Shown here piece by piece: positions 11,250 through 21,137 of a DNA stretch of 64,000 bases. Position numbers and translations under genes: made by a program. Within the stretch, counting starts at the first letter, position 1. Every line of letters starts with the position of its first letter. The notes beneath the pieces were generated by a model that worked only from the letters and a program-made list of their open reading frames with translations, searched no databases and was not told the DNA's origin. Origin of the DNA: a virus (taxonomy: Duplodnaviria; Caudoviricetes); IMG/VR virus record IMGVR_UViG_3300021431_000005, positions 53,053 to 117,052 of that record, one strand, 5' to 3'.

Positions 11250-11322
11250 AATAAATTCCTCTCTTTCAAAAACAGTAAAATATAGGTAGTGTCAATATCG
11301 TTATCATTAACCTACCTTTCAT

Positions 11323-11715
11323 TCAATCAGCTTTTCTTTTACGCTTACGTTTGTTTCTATTATCAATCTCTTCATTGATTTCTTCGATGGCATCGGCAAT
11401 GCTTTCGCCATTCGCAATATAATCTTTTATATCTTCTTTTGTTTCCGCTGCTACTTCGTCAACGGTTTTGTTGTAAAGTTCTTTAACTTCTTCTTCCGAC
11501 TTATCGGTTCTTTCAGGTAAAGTGTTTATGCTTTTATTCTTCGCTCTCGCATCAAGTACCTCTCGAACATAGAGTTCATAATGTTCTGTACAGCAGGCAA
11601 CTGCTCGCCATGAATTTGTTCTATCGCAATAATCACAGGCATAATAATGTTTTCTGCCGCCGTCCTCGCCCAGTGTGCATCCACTATATTTACAAACATG
11701 ATTTGTTTTCTTCAT
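11323..11715 (-). CDS. Cys-rich hypothetical protein in tail module
   Basis: C..C motifs (YACDYCDR, WRAVACC); AAGGAGG SD. Confidence 0.65.
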   Translation of the reverse strand: MKKTNHVCKYSGCTLGEDGGRKHYYACDYCDRTNSWRAVACCTEHYELYVREVLDARAKNKSINTLPERTDKSEEEVKELYNKTVDEVAAETKEDIKDYIANGESIADAIEEINEEIDNRNKRKRKRKAD

Positions 11716-11743
11716 CGGAATCTCCCTCCTTTATATATAAATA

Positions 11744-11782
11744 ATAGGTGTCCCGAGTTTATTCAGGACACCTATATTTTTA
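11744..11782 (-). terminator. Intrinsic terminator after major tail gene
   Basis: ATAGGTGTCC...GGACACCTAT inverted repeat with A/T tails. Confidence 0.75.
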
Positions 11783-12634
11783 TTAGTCGTCAAGAGCCTC
11801 GTATTCGGTCTTGGTCTTAATTACCTCGTCCTCATCGTAGATTACCATATCCCACAGAAGAGTGGAAGCGCCCTTTGCACAACCACCGGACAGAGCCTCG
11901 ATTTCAATATTATGAGTCGAGAAATCAGAGCCGAAGTTCAGGCTGAATGTACCAGACATCTTAGCCTTGTAGTATGTAATCTTAGCGTGGTAGCTCTTAT
12001 CGTTACAAATATCCTTGACAAAAATATCAAAGATTGCCTTACCGGTCTCAGAGAACTTGTTGTTTTCATTCACGATTCTCTTACCAATCTTCGCCTTAGT
12101 GTCATAGAATGCAACGATTTCGTCATTCGCAGCGAACACGCCAGTAGGCAGAGTAATAGTCTTGGTTTCGGGATCATATGCGAAAGCAGCCTCCGAAGCC
12201 GCCGCAGCAATAGGATACTTGTCACCAAGAGAACCATCGGGATTCTTCTTGTAAATATAAGCAATCTCAGCACCAGTTGCGCCGACAGCGTAGAACTCGG
12301 TGACTGCGGTAGTGCCGTTAGTAGTAGTCATAATATCCATGTAGTTATTAACGGTCTGAACACCCTTCTCGACCTCAGAACCCACCTGAACCGCAAGCGC
12401 ACCGTCAACGATAGTACCGTTGGTTGCAGTAAAAGTCGAAGTCTTGTTTCTATCGGTAGCACCGATACGAGTACCATTCTTGCCCTCTGCATAGATAGTT
12501 TCCGAATCGACACTCATTTCTGCTTCCTGAAGATCGTCAAAGATAAACTTGCAGACGTTATTTGCAAGGTCGAACCATGTGATAGTTTCAATACCCTGAA
12601 CAAGATACTTATCCGAAATAATCATAAGTTTCAT
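11783..12634 (-). CDS. Major tail protein (probable)
   Basis: 283 aa beta-rich protein, high-expression codon bias, followed by terminator, upstream of chaperones/TMP. Confidence 0.7.
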   Translation of the reverse strand: MKLMIISDKYLVQGIETITWFDLANNVCKFIFDDLQEAEMSVDSETIYAEGKNGTRIGATDRNKTSTFTATNGTIVDGALAVQVGSEVEKGVQTVNNYMDIMTTTNGTTAVTEFYAVGATGAEIAYIYKKNPDGSLGDKYPIAAAASEAAFAYDPETKTITLPTGVFAANDEIVAFYDTKAKIGKRIVNENNKFSETGKAIFDIFVKDICNDKSYHAKITYYKAKMSGTFSLNFGSDFSTHNIEIEALSGGCAKGASTLLWDMVIYDEDEVIKTKTEYEALDD

Positions 12635-13401
12635 CTCTCCTTTTCTTTATTGTTTTGTTTTGCTATTGAACCATACCATTCAAGAGAAGAGCTGTCAATG
12701 TCTTTTGAACTAACAACTCCGCCGTAAATGGCATGATTTATATTCTTACAAGCATCACGCTTTAAGACTCTATAAAAGCTATCATACATTTGACTTATAT
12801 GACAGTCTTTAATATTATCGTAACCTATTGCAGTATTCTCGGTATTGCATAAAGCGGATGCAATGTTGGCAATATTTTGTTTGAGTGGTTTCTTTGCATT
12901 AAACTCTTGTTTCTTTTTCATTCTTTTGATAAGGTATTTTTTTACTGATTCAGAACCCGGTTTAATTTCGTTTACTATTTCGCTGTCGATATAATGAATA
13001 AACCGCACGAAGTCAACTATCTGATAATAGATGTTTTTGTCGATGATACACTTTCCGTCGAATAAAACCACTTCGTCGTTTTGAGGATTTATTGTTACCT
13101 CAAACTTCCGAAAGTCGATAGAGGGAAAAAGTATCTCCGTCATTTTTGGCACCATTTCCGGACTCTTCATGTTTCTAATAAACAAGTCGTAGTCTGTCAC
13201 TGTTTCATAATCAATACCCTGTTCCCATAAATTAACCATGTCGTCATATGGACGCATAACAACGCTGTTTATCAGAGCCATATAATTAAACTCGCCAAAG
13301 GCTGCGATCTCACCTATCGTTGGGTTGTGTATTCTTAGCTTGTCATTGATTATATAGTCCTCGCCAAACACCAAATATTTGAGTTCGTCTAGCTGCCGCA
13401 A
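12631..13401 (-). CDS. Conserved virion-module hypothetical protein
   Basis: ORF overlapping neighbours in the structural operon. Confidence 0.65.
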   Translation of the reverse strand: MRQLDELKYLVFGEDYIINDKLRIHNPTIGEIAAFGEFNYMALINSVVMRPYDDMVNLWEQGIDYETVTDYDLFIRNMKSPEMVPKMTEILFPSIDFRKFEVTINPQNDEVVLFDGKCIIDKNIYYQIVDFVRFIHYIDSEIVNEIKPGSESVKKYLIKRMKKKQEFNAKKPLKQNIANIASALCNTENTAIGYDNIKDCHISQMYDSFYRVLKRDACKNINHAIYGGVVSSKDIDSSSLEWYGSIAKQNNKEKER

Positions 13402-13886
13402 GCGTCTACATCCTCCGCTTCAAATCTAAGAATTCTACACCTATGATTGCTACCACAACCATCTTCTTCGTTCGATATAAGTTCAATCGGTTTCTTTCCG
13501 AGTCCAGTATAACCGTTAAAAAGTTGTTCTACTTCTTCTGCAAGTAGATCAATTCTGGTTGCACCCTCATCAGTTTTCATTTCGCCCTGATGCGAGATAA
13601 CATAAAATTCAACAACCAACCTTTGAAATAGCGTACTTCCCGAATAGACCTTTGGAACATATATCCTATAACAGATATAATTAAGCTGTTCGTCCGGAGC
13701 CTCGGGGACCCTGATAAAGGGGTAAAGATTTGTGTACATCATATCCTCTGCGCTCTTTAACTCATCGTTGTTGACGAGTTCAAATATTCTTTCGTCATTG
13801 ATTAGCATAGATGCGATTTGTCTTTTAAACTTTATAATCGTCTTGCTACTATTAGAACGTTTGGATTTATAATAACTCGTAGCCAT
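13389..13886 (-). CDS. Putative tail terminator/completion protein
   Basis: TRIDLLAEEVEQLFNG motif; GGAGG-like SD before MATSYY; position. Confidence 0.55.
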   Translation of the reverse strand: MATSYYKSKRSNSSKTIIKFKRQIASMLINDERIFELVNNDELKSAEDMMYTNLYPFIRVPEAPDEQLNYICYRIYVPKVYSGSTLFQRLVVEFYVISHQGEMKTDEGATRIDLLAEEVEQLFNGYTGLGKKPIELISNEEDGCGSNHRCRILRFEAEDVDACGS

Positions 13887-14893
13887 TATAGTACATACAC
13901 CACCTTTGCATAGAGTATACAATCGGAAACCGCCCCGACCGCAGATAATGCAATCCTTACCTGAGACTGTATTATCGAGGGTTCATTCTGAGCCTTTATC
14001 CGCAGTGTGTCACCAACACATTCGTATTCGTAATACTTTTCAGTATCGGGCATAAACGTTATATCCCAGTTTGGAGTAACGCCTGTCATCACATTACCGT
14101 CGGCATCATAGAATACAGCAGTATAAGTTTTATAGCTGCCGCCTGCCTTGATATGCGGATCCTTTCCATCGTATTTGATTTCACAGTTAAGTCCCTTTAT
14201 TATCTCTTTGGGTTCTTCATAGTCTGCTATTTGTAAATCAAGATTGTCATGGTCTTGACTGCGCTCGTCCTGAGAAAGCACGAGCATGACAACACCGTGT
14301 ATCAATTCGGGATCGTAAACAGAACTGATTACATTGCGATTTGTCACCACATATGTATCGGGGTCTTCTAAATCAACATCCATAATAAATCTCTGATACC
14401 TTCTGATTTTCATAGTATCCTCGTCAAGAGGCAAATACAAAGTGTATACAGTTTTTACCTTATCAATAATGCTATTGTAATTCAAGCCTTGGGTATACGA
14501 AGCCTTTTCGTCGGTAGCGCACCATCTTTCAATAATATCTCCATCGGCGTTTTGCCACCTCAGTAAACGGTTACACTCTCTGATAGTGCCTCGATAATAT
14601 ATTTCATTCTCAGAGTCCATATCGCTGACAAGCCAATAACGGTCTTGCCAATAAACATAGTCACCAGCGAAGAACTGCTCGTTCGGCATCGAGGTCATAG
14701 TTTTAACATGAAGCGTAGCTCCAGATAGAATCATGACTTCTCTTTCTTCGTCATTGATTACAACAGTCTTTTTAGATAGTGAACCCTCGCTATCGGAAAT
14801 ATAATCTCTTTTAGCGTGATTCTTTGTCCTATCCCTCATGGTTTTACCTTCTGCTGTAATCAAACTATCGTACAGTTCCCAACTTCTTCTCAT
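13886..14893 (-). CDS. Putative head-closure/neck protein
   Basis: GDYVYW..YWLV and ECNRLLRW motifs; position between adaptor and tail genes. Confidence 0.55.
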   Translation of the reverse strand: MRRSWELYDSLITAEGKTMRDRTKNHAKRDYISDSEGSLSKKTVVINDEEREVMILSGATLHVKTMTSMPNEQFFAGDYVYWQDRYWLVSDMDSENEIYYRGTIRECNRLLRWQNADGDIIERWCATDEKASYTQGLNYNSIIDKVKTVYTLYLPLDEDTMKIRRYQRFIMDVDLEDPDTYVVTNRNVISSVYDPELIHGVVMLVLSQDERSQDHDNLDLQIADYEEPKEIIKGLNCEIKYDGKDPHIKAGGSYKTYTAVFYDADGNVMTGVTPNWDITFMPDTEKYYEYECVGDTLRIKAQNEPSIIQSQVRIALSAVGAVSDCILYAKVVYVL

Positions 14894-14896
14894 GAC

Positions 14897-15220
14897 TTAT
14901 CCGCCCGAGACAACGATCTCACACAACTGATTCGTGAGCGTTATACATTTAAAAATCGCACGACGATATTCTGCGTGTGACATATCTTCGTTTTTAATGG
15001 ACTGTAAAATAGAAACAATATCAATAACCCGAGAATCATCGTTTGACAGAAAGAATACATCATCGTTCCCGACAAGTTCGTATATCAAGTCTTGAATATA
15101 AACTTCTACCGTGTCTGCGTTTTCCTCTTTCAGCGGAATTATCTTAAATAGTTTATCAACTAACTTTTTATAATAATTCTCACAGGTCTTATCGGGAATC
15201 CACCCATACTGACTATTCAT
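14897..15220 (-). CDS. Hypothetical head-tail module protein
   Basis: LFKIIPLKE and RRAIFKCI motifs; coupled ORF. Confidence 0.6.
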   Translation of the reverse strand: MNSQYGWIPDKTCENYYKKLVDKLFKIIPLKEENADTVEVYIQDLIYELVGNDDVFFLSNDDSRVIDIVSILQSIKNEDMSHAEYRRAIFKCITLTNQLCEIVVSGG

Positions 15221-15666
15221 GACGAAATCGCATCCTTTAACTTTTCCTTGTAATCCCTGTTGGAATAAGTATAGTTGACCGCCAAAAGCCGTGAAGCCTT
15301 TGTAGTATCGTTGTATACTGTATTGATTTTATCAATGAGATTAGCAGGGGAGTACTCGTTATAATCTTTGGTAGACAGTCTTTCTCTTAGCAACTCGGAA
15401 GAATATAAATAGGGTTTAAGCCATTCGCAAATCATATAGTTACAGATAATATCAATCTCTTCATCTGTAAGTTCTGCTACAAACCCATCGTCCTCTTGTG
15501 TTCTTTTCTTTAGATTCTGCCTGCAAGTCTTGCCAAACTTTGCACAGGCAACATTCATTAATGCAATTATCCACTCGTCCCGCTCATCTTCGAGCAGAAC
15601 AGTTAACTTGTATTCAAATATTTTCTTTGAAAAAATATCAACAATCGTTGTATAAGAAGTGCCCAT
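15217..15666 (-). CDS. Putative head-tail adaptor
   Basis: LTDEEIDII...M..EWL...SPANL helical pattern; position after capsid. Confidence 0.6.
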   Translation of the reverse strand: MGTSYTTIVDIFSKKIFEYKLTVLLEDERDEWIIALMNVACAKFGKTCRQNLKKRTQEDDGFVAELTDEEIDIICNYMICEWLKPYLYSSELLRERLSTKDYNEYSPANLIDKINTVYNDTTKASRLLAVNYTYSNRDYKEKLKDAISS

Positions 15667-15678
15667 ATAAACACCTCA

Positions 15679-16227
15679 TCATTCGTCAACGGTCAGATCA
15701 AAAGCCTCACACAGATACTTGATAGTCTTCATGGAGTCAATAGTGCCGTTGTTTATAAGGTCAGTAGCTTTAATGCCAATATGTTCTCTGACACCCTTTG
15801 GAAGCTTAGAGATTGCGAGTTTCATTTCCTCGAAAGGCAGAGTGAGAATATTTTCATAATCCTCAAATGAAGGAACACCCTCGTAATACTTTTCTACGCC
15901 GAGATATTTAAGAATCTCAGGGTCTTCAATACCAATCCAATTCTCGGTAAAAAATCTCGGCTGAGAATTTCGCATCGACATAAGCTCTTTAAGTTCAATG
16001 TCCTCAACGTCTCCCGGTTCACTCCATATGATCTTGTAACCAAGCTGTCTGTTGCTAATGTAAATCAGCCTGCCCATAGTAATATTCTTGCATTCAACAA
16101 GCATATCATCAGGAAGCTTCTGACGCTTCTTCGGCGCAGAAACTCTTGTGGGCTTTACTTCCTCAGCCACCGCTTCTGTAATATCTGTCTGTGCTTTAAC
16201 ATTCTTGTTAGAATTTCTTGTTGCCAT
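15679..16227 (-). CDS. Conserved hypothetical protein after major capsid
   Basis: AAAGGAG SD; 182 aa ORF. Confidence 0.65.
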   Translation of the reverse strand: MATRNSNKNVKAQTDITEAVAEEVKPTRVSAPKKRQKLPDDMLVECKNITMGRLIYISNRQLGYKIIWSEPGDVEDIELKELMSMRNSQPRFFTENWIGIEDPEILKYLGVEKYYEGVPSFEDYENILTLPFEEMKLAISKLPKGVREHIGIKATDLINNGTIDSMKTIKYLCEAFDLTVDE

Positions 16228-16247
16228 AATTATTTCTCCTTTTATTC

Positions 16248-16284
16248 AAAAAATGGGGGACGCACTAAAACATCCCCCCAATAA
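16248..16284 (-). terminator. Intrinsic terminator after major capsid gene
   Basis: TGGGGGA...TCCCCCA stem with T-run on minus strand. Confidence 0.7.
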
Positions 16285-16294
16285 AACATATTTT

Positions 16295-17305
16295 TTATGC
16301 AATGGAATAAATAGCCATTCTGCCAGTCTGGGCGATACCAACACCATATCTGTCAATGTAGGTGTACTCCTGAGACAGATCAGCATTGTCAAGAGGATTG
16401 CCAAGATATACAAAGGGTTCGCCCTCGTTGATAACCTTAATGGGTCTGTCGCCGCCTGCAATTATGTAAACCTTCTTGTCATCAAATGCAAAGTCGGTTG
16501 TACCGGGCTTGTAAACCTGTCTGATAAATGCAGTATTGGTGCCATAGAACTTACCGTAATAGCCGAGGTTGTAAAGGTCGCTCTTTGCCTCTTCGCCAAT
16601 TTCCTTAATGTCGAGCTTCGCAAGAGCAGACTTTGTGCCGAAGATAGTTGCAGGCTTGCCTGTCTCTGCTTCAACACGGTTCACAAGAGTGCGAAGTTCC
16701 TCAGCATCGTAAGTGCCAGCGGTGGGGTTATAGATAGAACCAGCTTCAACAACCTTACTCAGAGCATTATAGCATTCGCCAAGAATTGCCTGCTTGAACG
16801 ACTCTGCTACCTTATTAATAAAGTAGTTCAGATCAACCTTGCCCGAAAGAACTCTATCAAGTTCATCATAAATCTTGATAACCTTGGGCGAAGTCTTAAT
16901 ACGAATGTGTTCACCGTTAATAAACCTCTGTCTGCGAATACCCTGTGTACCGCGAGCAACTTCGGAAACAAAGAACAGAGAATCGTCTTCGATATAGAAA
17001 TCATTTTCATCGCCAAGAGCAGTAGACTTAAATTCAACAAGCTGCATAAAGAACTCGTCGTTCTGGAATCCCTCGATTACTGTCTTCTGAAGTATAGTCT
17101 CCACAAGACTAAACATACCAGTACACTTGCCATCACGAATAGCCTTAATATCAATCTTGGTAGAATTGTTATTTGCTTCAACGAGTGCCTTTCTAAGCAC
17201 CTCCATCGAATCCTTTACGGAATAATTAGCAGCGGGAACGCCCTTATATGCGTCAACCGCAAGCTGTACAATATCGTCAAAAGTATATTCAATAGCCATT
17301 TTCAT
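16295..17305 (-). CDS. Major capsid protein
   Basis: 336 aa; ALGDENDF...GTQGIRRQR and FGTKSAL motifs of SPbeta/c-st-like capsids; follows scaffold and decoration genes; terminator after. Confidence 0.8.
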   Translation of the reverse strand: MKMAIEYTFDDIVQLAVDAYKGVPAANYSVKDSMEVLRKALVEANNNSTKIDIKAIRDGKCTGMFSLVETILQKTVIEGFQNDEFFMQLVEFKSTALGDENDFYIEDDSLFFVSEVARGTQGIRRQRFINGEHIRIKTSPKVIKIYDELDRVLSGKVDLNYFINKVAESFKQAILGECYNALSKVVEAGSIYNPTAGTYDAEELRTLVNRVEAETGKPATIFGTKSALAKLDIKEIGEEAKSDLYNLGYYGKFYGTNTAFIRQVYKPGTTDFAFDDKKVYIIAGGDRPIKVINEGEPFVYLGNPLDNADLSQEYTYIDRYGVGIAQTGRMAIYSIA

Positions 17306-17329
17306 TTCTCCTTTCTTTTATTTTTATAA

Positions 17330-17833
17330 TCACTTGGTCTTGATAACAAAGAAGGTCTTACCCTTAACAATTTCCTTATCAATAATAGTACCGATAGCAT
17401 TAGTATCGGTTGCCGAGTAAACCCACTTGGGAGTCGTGCCAAGTTTTACATAGCCACCCTTTGCGGCTTCGCCCTCGATAGCTTCGGGGGTAATAGAAAA
17501 TACCGAACCAGTTTCGAGGCGATATACTCTCTGAGGTTCGCCGTCGGCCTTATTGATAAAATCTTCAAGTCCAGTTATAAGAACCTGACACTCCTTGTCA
17601 ATTTCAACCGAAGCAACGAGACCGATTGTGTTCTTGTTGTCTGATGCTGTGGGGGCAGTAGTCTTGTAAACTTCCCTGTCAAGAAGTGTGTCTGTGATAT
17701 GTACCACCATGCCGTTTTCAATATCGGCAGGGTTATCGTTTTCGTCGTAGTATCTTGCCGAGACGAGCTTGGAACCGTCATAAGTACCAGTCATAATATC
17801 AAGGCGTACTACAGGATGCTTAGTATTTGCCAT
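17330..17833 (-). CDS. Head decoration/capsid-stabilising protein (probable)
   Basis: DIENGMVV motif; between scaffold and MCP; AAAGGAGG SD. Confidence 0.6.
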   Translation of the reverse strand: MANTKHPVVRLDIMTGTYDGSKLVSARYYDENDNPADIENGMVVHITDTLLDREVYKTTAPTASDNKNTIGLVASVEIDKECQVLITGLEDFINKADGEPQRVYRLETGSVFSITPEAIEGEAAKGGYVKLGTTPKWVYSATDTNAIGTIIDKEIVKGKTFFVIKTK

Positions 17834-17853
17834 AGTTGTTTCCTCCTTTATTT

Positions 17854-19437
17854 TTAATTCTTTCCAAATGCTTCAAATAAGCCACCATAAGGTTTCCTTT
17901 CAACATTGTCGCCATGATAACTGAACGATACTCTGTTTATGACCACATCGTTCTTGTCGGCTGCGAATGTCGAATGAATCCTTCCAAGCATTGCATAACA
18001 CTTTTCCTCGATCTCATCAACAGAGTAATTAGAGTTATCTGTTTTAAGAGTCGAATACTCTTCACATTCTGCAAGCTTATCATCGAACTTTGCAAACAGA
18101 CTTTCAAGGGCAGCGTTTCTATTTGCAGTCTCAATGTCGGTCTTGTAGTTTCTGAGTTCGCCTACTTCTGTTTCAAGTGCGCTATAATTCGCTCTCATAT
18201 TATCAAGTTCAGTCTTTTCTTCTGCTGTAACGAAGACGCTGTAAACCTCGACAAAATTGGGGTCGATAGTTACACCGTTTTCATTCTTAGAATACTTCAC
18301 CTTGTAGAACTTACTTTCCATCCACGACTGTACGATTGCATAATCATCAAAAGTCTGACAAATCCAATACTCGTCGTCGCTTGTATCAGTGAGCGCACGA
18401 TAAATTGCTTCGCGCTTATCTTCGTCACTCATTGCAAAAGTAATGCTTCTGTTTTCAGCCGAATAGTACGAGGTGTTCTGGGCAGGAGCCTCAATAGGCT
18501 CATTAACAGAATTACATACAGTTCCCTCGGGTACAGTATCAGAAACAGTTGTGGGTTCCTGTGGGGTTTCCTGTACAGGTTCGCTCACAGAATTTTCCTC
18601 GCCTTTCTTTTTGAGATAATTCTCAACGGCGGTTCTTAGTTCACCCTCGGTCATATCTTCGGTAATCTTGAAATCAAGTTCGCCCTCGGTTACGCCAAGT
18701 TCGTCAAGAATCTTCTTGATAGTATCTGAATCCATGTTTATCTCTCCTTTCTCATAATTTGAATCTGCAACGCCAATAGCTTTGGAAACCTCGTTACACA
18801 TTTCCTCAACAGTAACGATTCCGAGATTGTCGCTATTAGAATAGCCCACTATTGTCGCCCCAGAGTTTTGCATCGCTGGACGATGTTCGCCACCGAGCAG
18901 AGTTATTCCTGTGTACTTAAAATCAGAAATAACATAGCAGTCGTCAAAACGACTATAATGATAATCCAGAAATTCTACTTCCATCGACAGTTTTATCCTG
19001 TCGCTGTTCTCAATAATATCAATACAGTAATTGGAATAGCCTTTCCAAATATATCCATCACAATACACATAATGCAACCCATCTTCTTCAACAACTTCAT
19101 AATTGTTGGTTTCGGGGATTAGTCCAACAGGTTGCTCTAGATAAATTTGTCTATTCTTGTCAGAATCAAATTTATCTTCTTCAATTACAATATCGTGTCC
19201 GCCGATTTCCAACTCTCCCTCATCGTTTTCTAAAACGTGTGCGAGAATTGGCACATTCGCTATTGTAGCTTCTGCACTGTTAAGCGAATCGGTCTTAAAC
19301 TTCGTATTATGTAAACTACGCGCATCGTGACAAATTTTGAGTCTCAGTTTTAAAAATTTATCATTGTCAAAATTTTTGTCAACCGAAAAACTCGTAGGAA
19401 TCTTGTCACGTTCAAACATAATAAACCTCCCTTCCAA
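17854..19437 (-). CDS. Prohead protease/scaffold fusion (probable; start may be 19419)
   Basis: N-domain with PILAH, GYIWKGY, SMEV, GITLLG, PAM motifs; acidic coiled-coil C-terminus. Confidence 0.7.
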   Translation of the reverse strand: MEGRFIMFERDKIPTSFSVDKNFDNDKFLKLRLKICHDARSLHNTKFKTDSLNSAEATIANVPILAHVLENDEGELEIGGHDIVIEEDKFDSDKNRQIYLEQPVGLIPETNNYEVVEEDGLHYVYCDGYIWKGYSNYCIDIIENSDRIKLSMEVEFLDYHYSRFDDCYVISDFKYTGITLLGGEHRPAMQNSGATIVGYSNSDNLGIVTVEEMCNEVSKAIGVADSNYEKGEINMDSDTIKKILDELGVTEGELDFKITEDMTEGELRTAVENYLKKKGEENSVSEPVQETPQEPTTVSDTVPEGTVCNSVNEPIEAPAQNTSYYSAENRSITFAMSDEDKREAIYRALTDTSDDEYWICQTFDDYAIVQSWMESKFYKVKYSKNENGVTIDPNFVEVYSVFVTAEEKTELDNMRANYSALETEVGELRNYKTDIETANRNAALESLFAKFDDKLAECEEYSTLKTDNSNYSVDEIEEKCYAMLGRIHSTFAADKNDVVINRVSFSYHGDNVERKPYGGLFEAFGKN

Positions 19438-19440
19438 ACA

Positions 19441-19647
19441 TTACAAGAATACTTTGTTTGTAAAAACAACCCCTTTTATTCCAGTTTCGGAAAAATGATT
19501 ATCAGGTTTATTCTCAAAAAAGTACATCTTGTTGTGTTCGGAAAAAAGAACATAACCCGACTGTTTGAGTTTATCGGCAACATCTTTATCCATAGTCATA
19601 ATAAAACGAGGACACCCATTCATCTCAATCAACCTCCCGATATTCAT
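19441..19647 (-). CDS. Small hypothetical protein between portal and protease
   Basis: GGAGG SD region; coupled ORF. Confidence 0.55.
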   Translation of the reverse strand: MNIGRLIEMNGCPRFIMTMDKDVADKLKQSGYVLFSEHNKMYFFENKPDNHFSETGIKGVVFTNKVFL

Positions 19648-21070
19648 TTCCGACTTCGCTTTCTCGTGTTAATTCTCCTGCATCGCTTAATTCACTTTCT
19701 TCAATCTTTTTATCGGACTCGTCATCAGAAGACTTTGTAAAGGAAGTAGAAAGAGCTGTAAGCCTTTCGGGTAGATGAAGAATATCATTTTCGAGAAAGT
19801 TAATTCCGATCATATCAAGCGGCTCTGTACCTATGGTCGCACAAGCCATCATTGTAGTCGGCAGACTTGACTGTGCGCCGTTGAGATACATTTTGTAAAG
19901 TTCGTCCTTGTTGTACAATGTTGCATCAAGGAATTGAATTTTAAATTTGTATCGTCCCGCCCTCAGTTTTAAAAGCCTATTGATATTACGTTCGACCTGT
20001 CTTGAAAGATCGAATACCATTTGCATATCAGCTTTAATAGAAACACTTAGAGTAGCCGATGTTTTATTCTCGTCACCGAATATAAGAGAACTTACGCCTG
20101 CATCATTCCAAAAAGTCTTAATAGCATTATTAACATTGTTGTTATCCGCAGTTCCAGCGTTCTCGAAATCAAAATCTTTTGTGTCCATAGGGGTGAGGAA
20201 GGCGCCAATATTTTCAGGCAGCACATCAAGTAATGCGCTGTAATATTCAAGCAAAATATCACGGTCAATCAAGAAGTGTCCCTCGTTGTCTGTTGGAACT
20301 TTTAATGCAATAACTTTATAATTGTCGATCTCTGCTTTTGCTTTCTTTAATGATTTGTAATCATCAATATCATAAATACCCTCAAATACTCCAAGAAATG
20401 GAACAACGGGAAAAGGAACATCGTCAAGTAATTTGATACAAAATTGTCTCTTGGCATCCAATGTCTGCCACCTTATTCCTTCTTCTTTAAATAGGTTGTA
20501 GCGTTCGACAAATTCTTCCCCAAACCTTTCTAAATCCGAGGGATACTTTAAGAAGTATGTGAAATCAAAATCATATAAAAAACAACCGTCCTCAATACAA
20601 CTGATCTTACAGTATTCAGGCGGAAGCGTCCTAATATAAAAAGAGTCCTGCGATTCATAAATGTAACCGTAGAACACATCTTCTTTAAAACATATTTTAA
20701 ATATTTTAGTCATCTCGTGCCGTATATTCATTTTGTCGAGATAATGCAGAGCCTTAAAATAGCTTTCAGAATATTTCTCCTTATCTTCCTTTACCACTTC
20801 GAGTTTAAGCTTATAAGGAACGACTATATAAGAGAATAAGTGCATAGTTGCAAAATAATTTATCAAGCGTTTATAATGTGGGCTAACCAAATAAAGGTGA
20901 CGCGACATTCGCCTAAGTTCGTCCTGATACAACTCTGGATGATGAATCCATCGTGCAACCGTATCTTTGGGATATTTGCACATAAAATGTAACGGATTGT
21001 TCCTTCGGATATATGGATCCTTATTGAGATCGCGGAGAATAAGTCTGCTCAACTGAGAATACTTTTTCAT
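19625..21070 (-). CDS. Portal protein (start possibly at upstream ATA 21121)
   Basis: About 480-500 aa immediately after terminase; SPHYKRLINYFA and AGVSSLIF motifs. Confidence 0.8.
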   Translation of the reverse strand: MKKYSQLSRLILRDLNKDPYIRRNNPLHFMCKYPKDTVARWIHHPELYQDELRRMSRHLYLVSPHYKRLINYFATMHLFSYIVVPYKLKLEVVKEDKEKYSESYFKALHYLDKMNIRHEMTKIFKICFKEDVFYGYIYESQDSFYIRTLPPEYCKISCIEDGCFLYDFDFTYFLKYPSDLERFGEEFVERYNLFKEEGIRWQTLDAKRQFCIKLLDDVPFPVVPFLGVFEGIYDIDDYKSLKKAKAEIDNYKVIALKVPTDNEGHFLIDRDILLEYYSALLDVLPENIGAFLTPMDTKDFDFENAGTADNNNVNNAIKTFWNDAGVSSLIFGDENKTSATLSVSIKADMQMVFDLSRQVERNINRLLKLRAGRYKFKIQFLDATLYNKDELYKMYLNGAQSSLPTTMMACATIGTEPLDMIGINFLENDILHLPERLTALSTSFTKSSDDESDKKIEESELSDAGELTRESEVGNEYREVD

Positions 21071-21137
21071 TTCAGGCGTTATTATTTCAAAACCGCCACT
21101 GTTTATTTCGTTTGTTTCTATGATACCTCACCACCAA

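Noticed and set aside
11912-12727. 271-aa plus-strand ORF (and 17914-18639, 241 aa)
   Set aside because: Antisense shadows of highly expressed structural genes
16148-17329. 393-aa plus-strand ORF
   Set aside because: Antisense shadow of the major capsid gene caused by codon bias; no RBS or motifs
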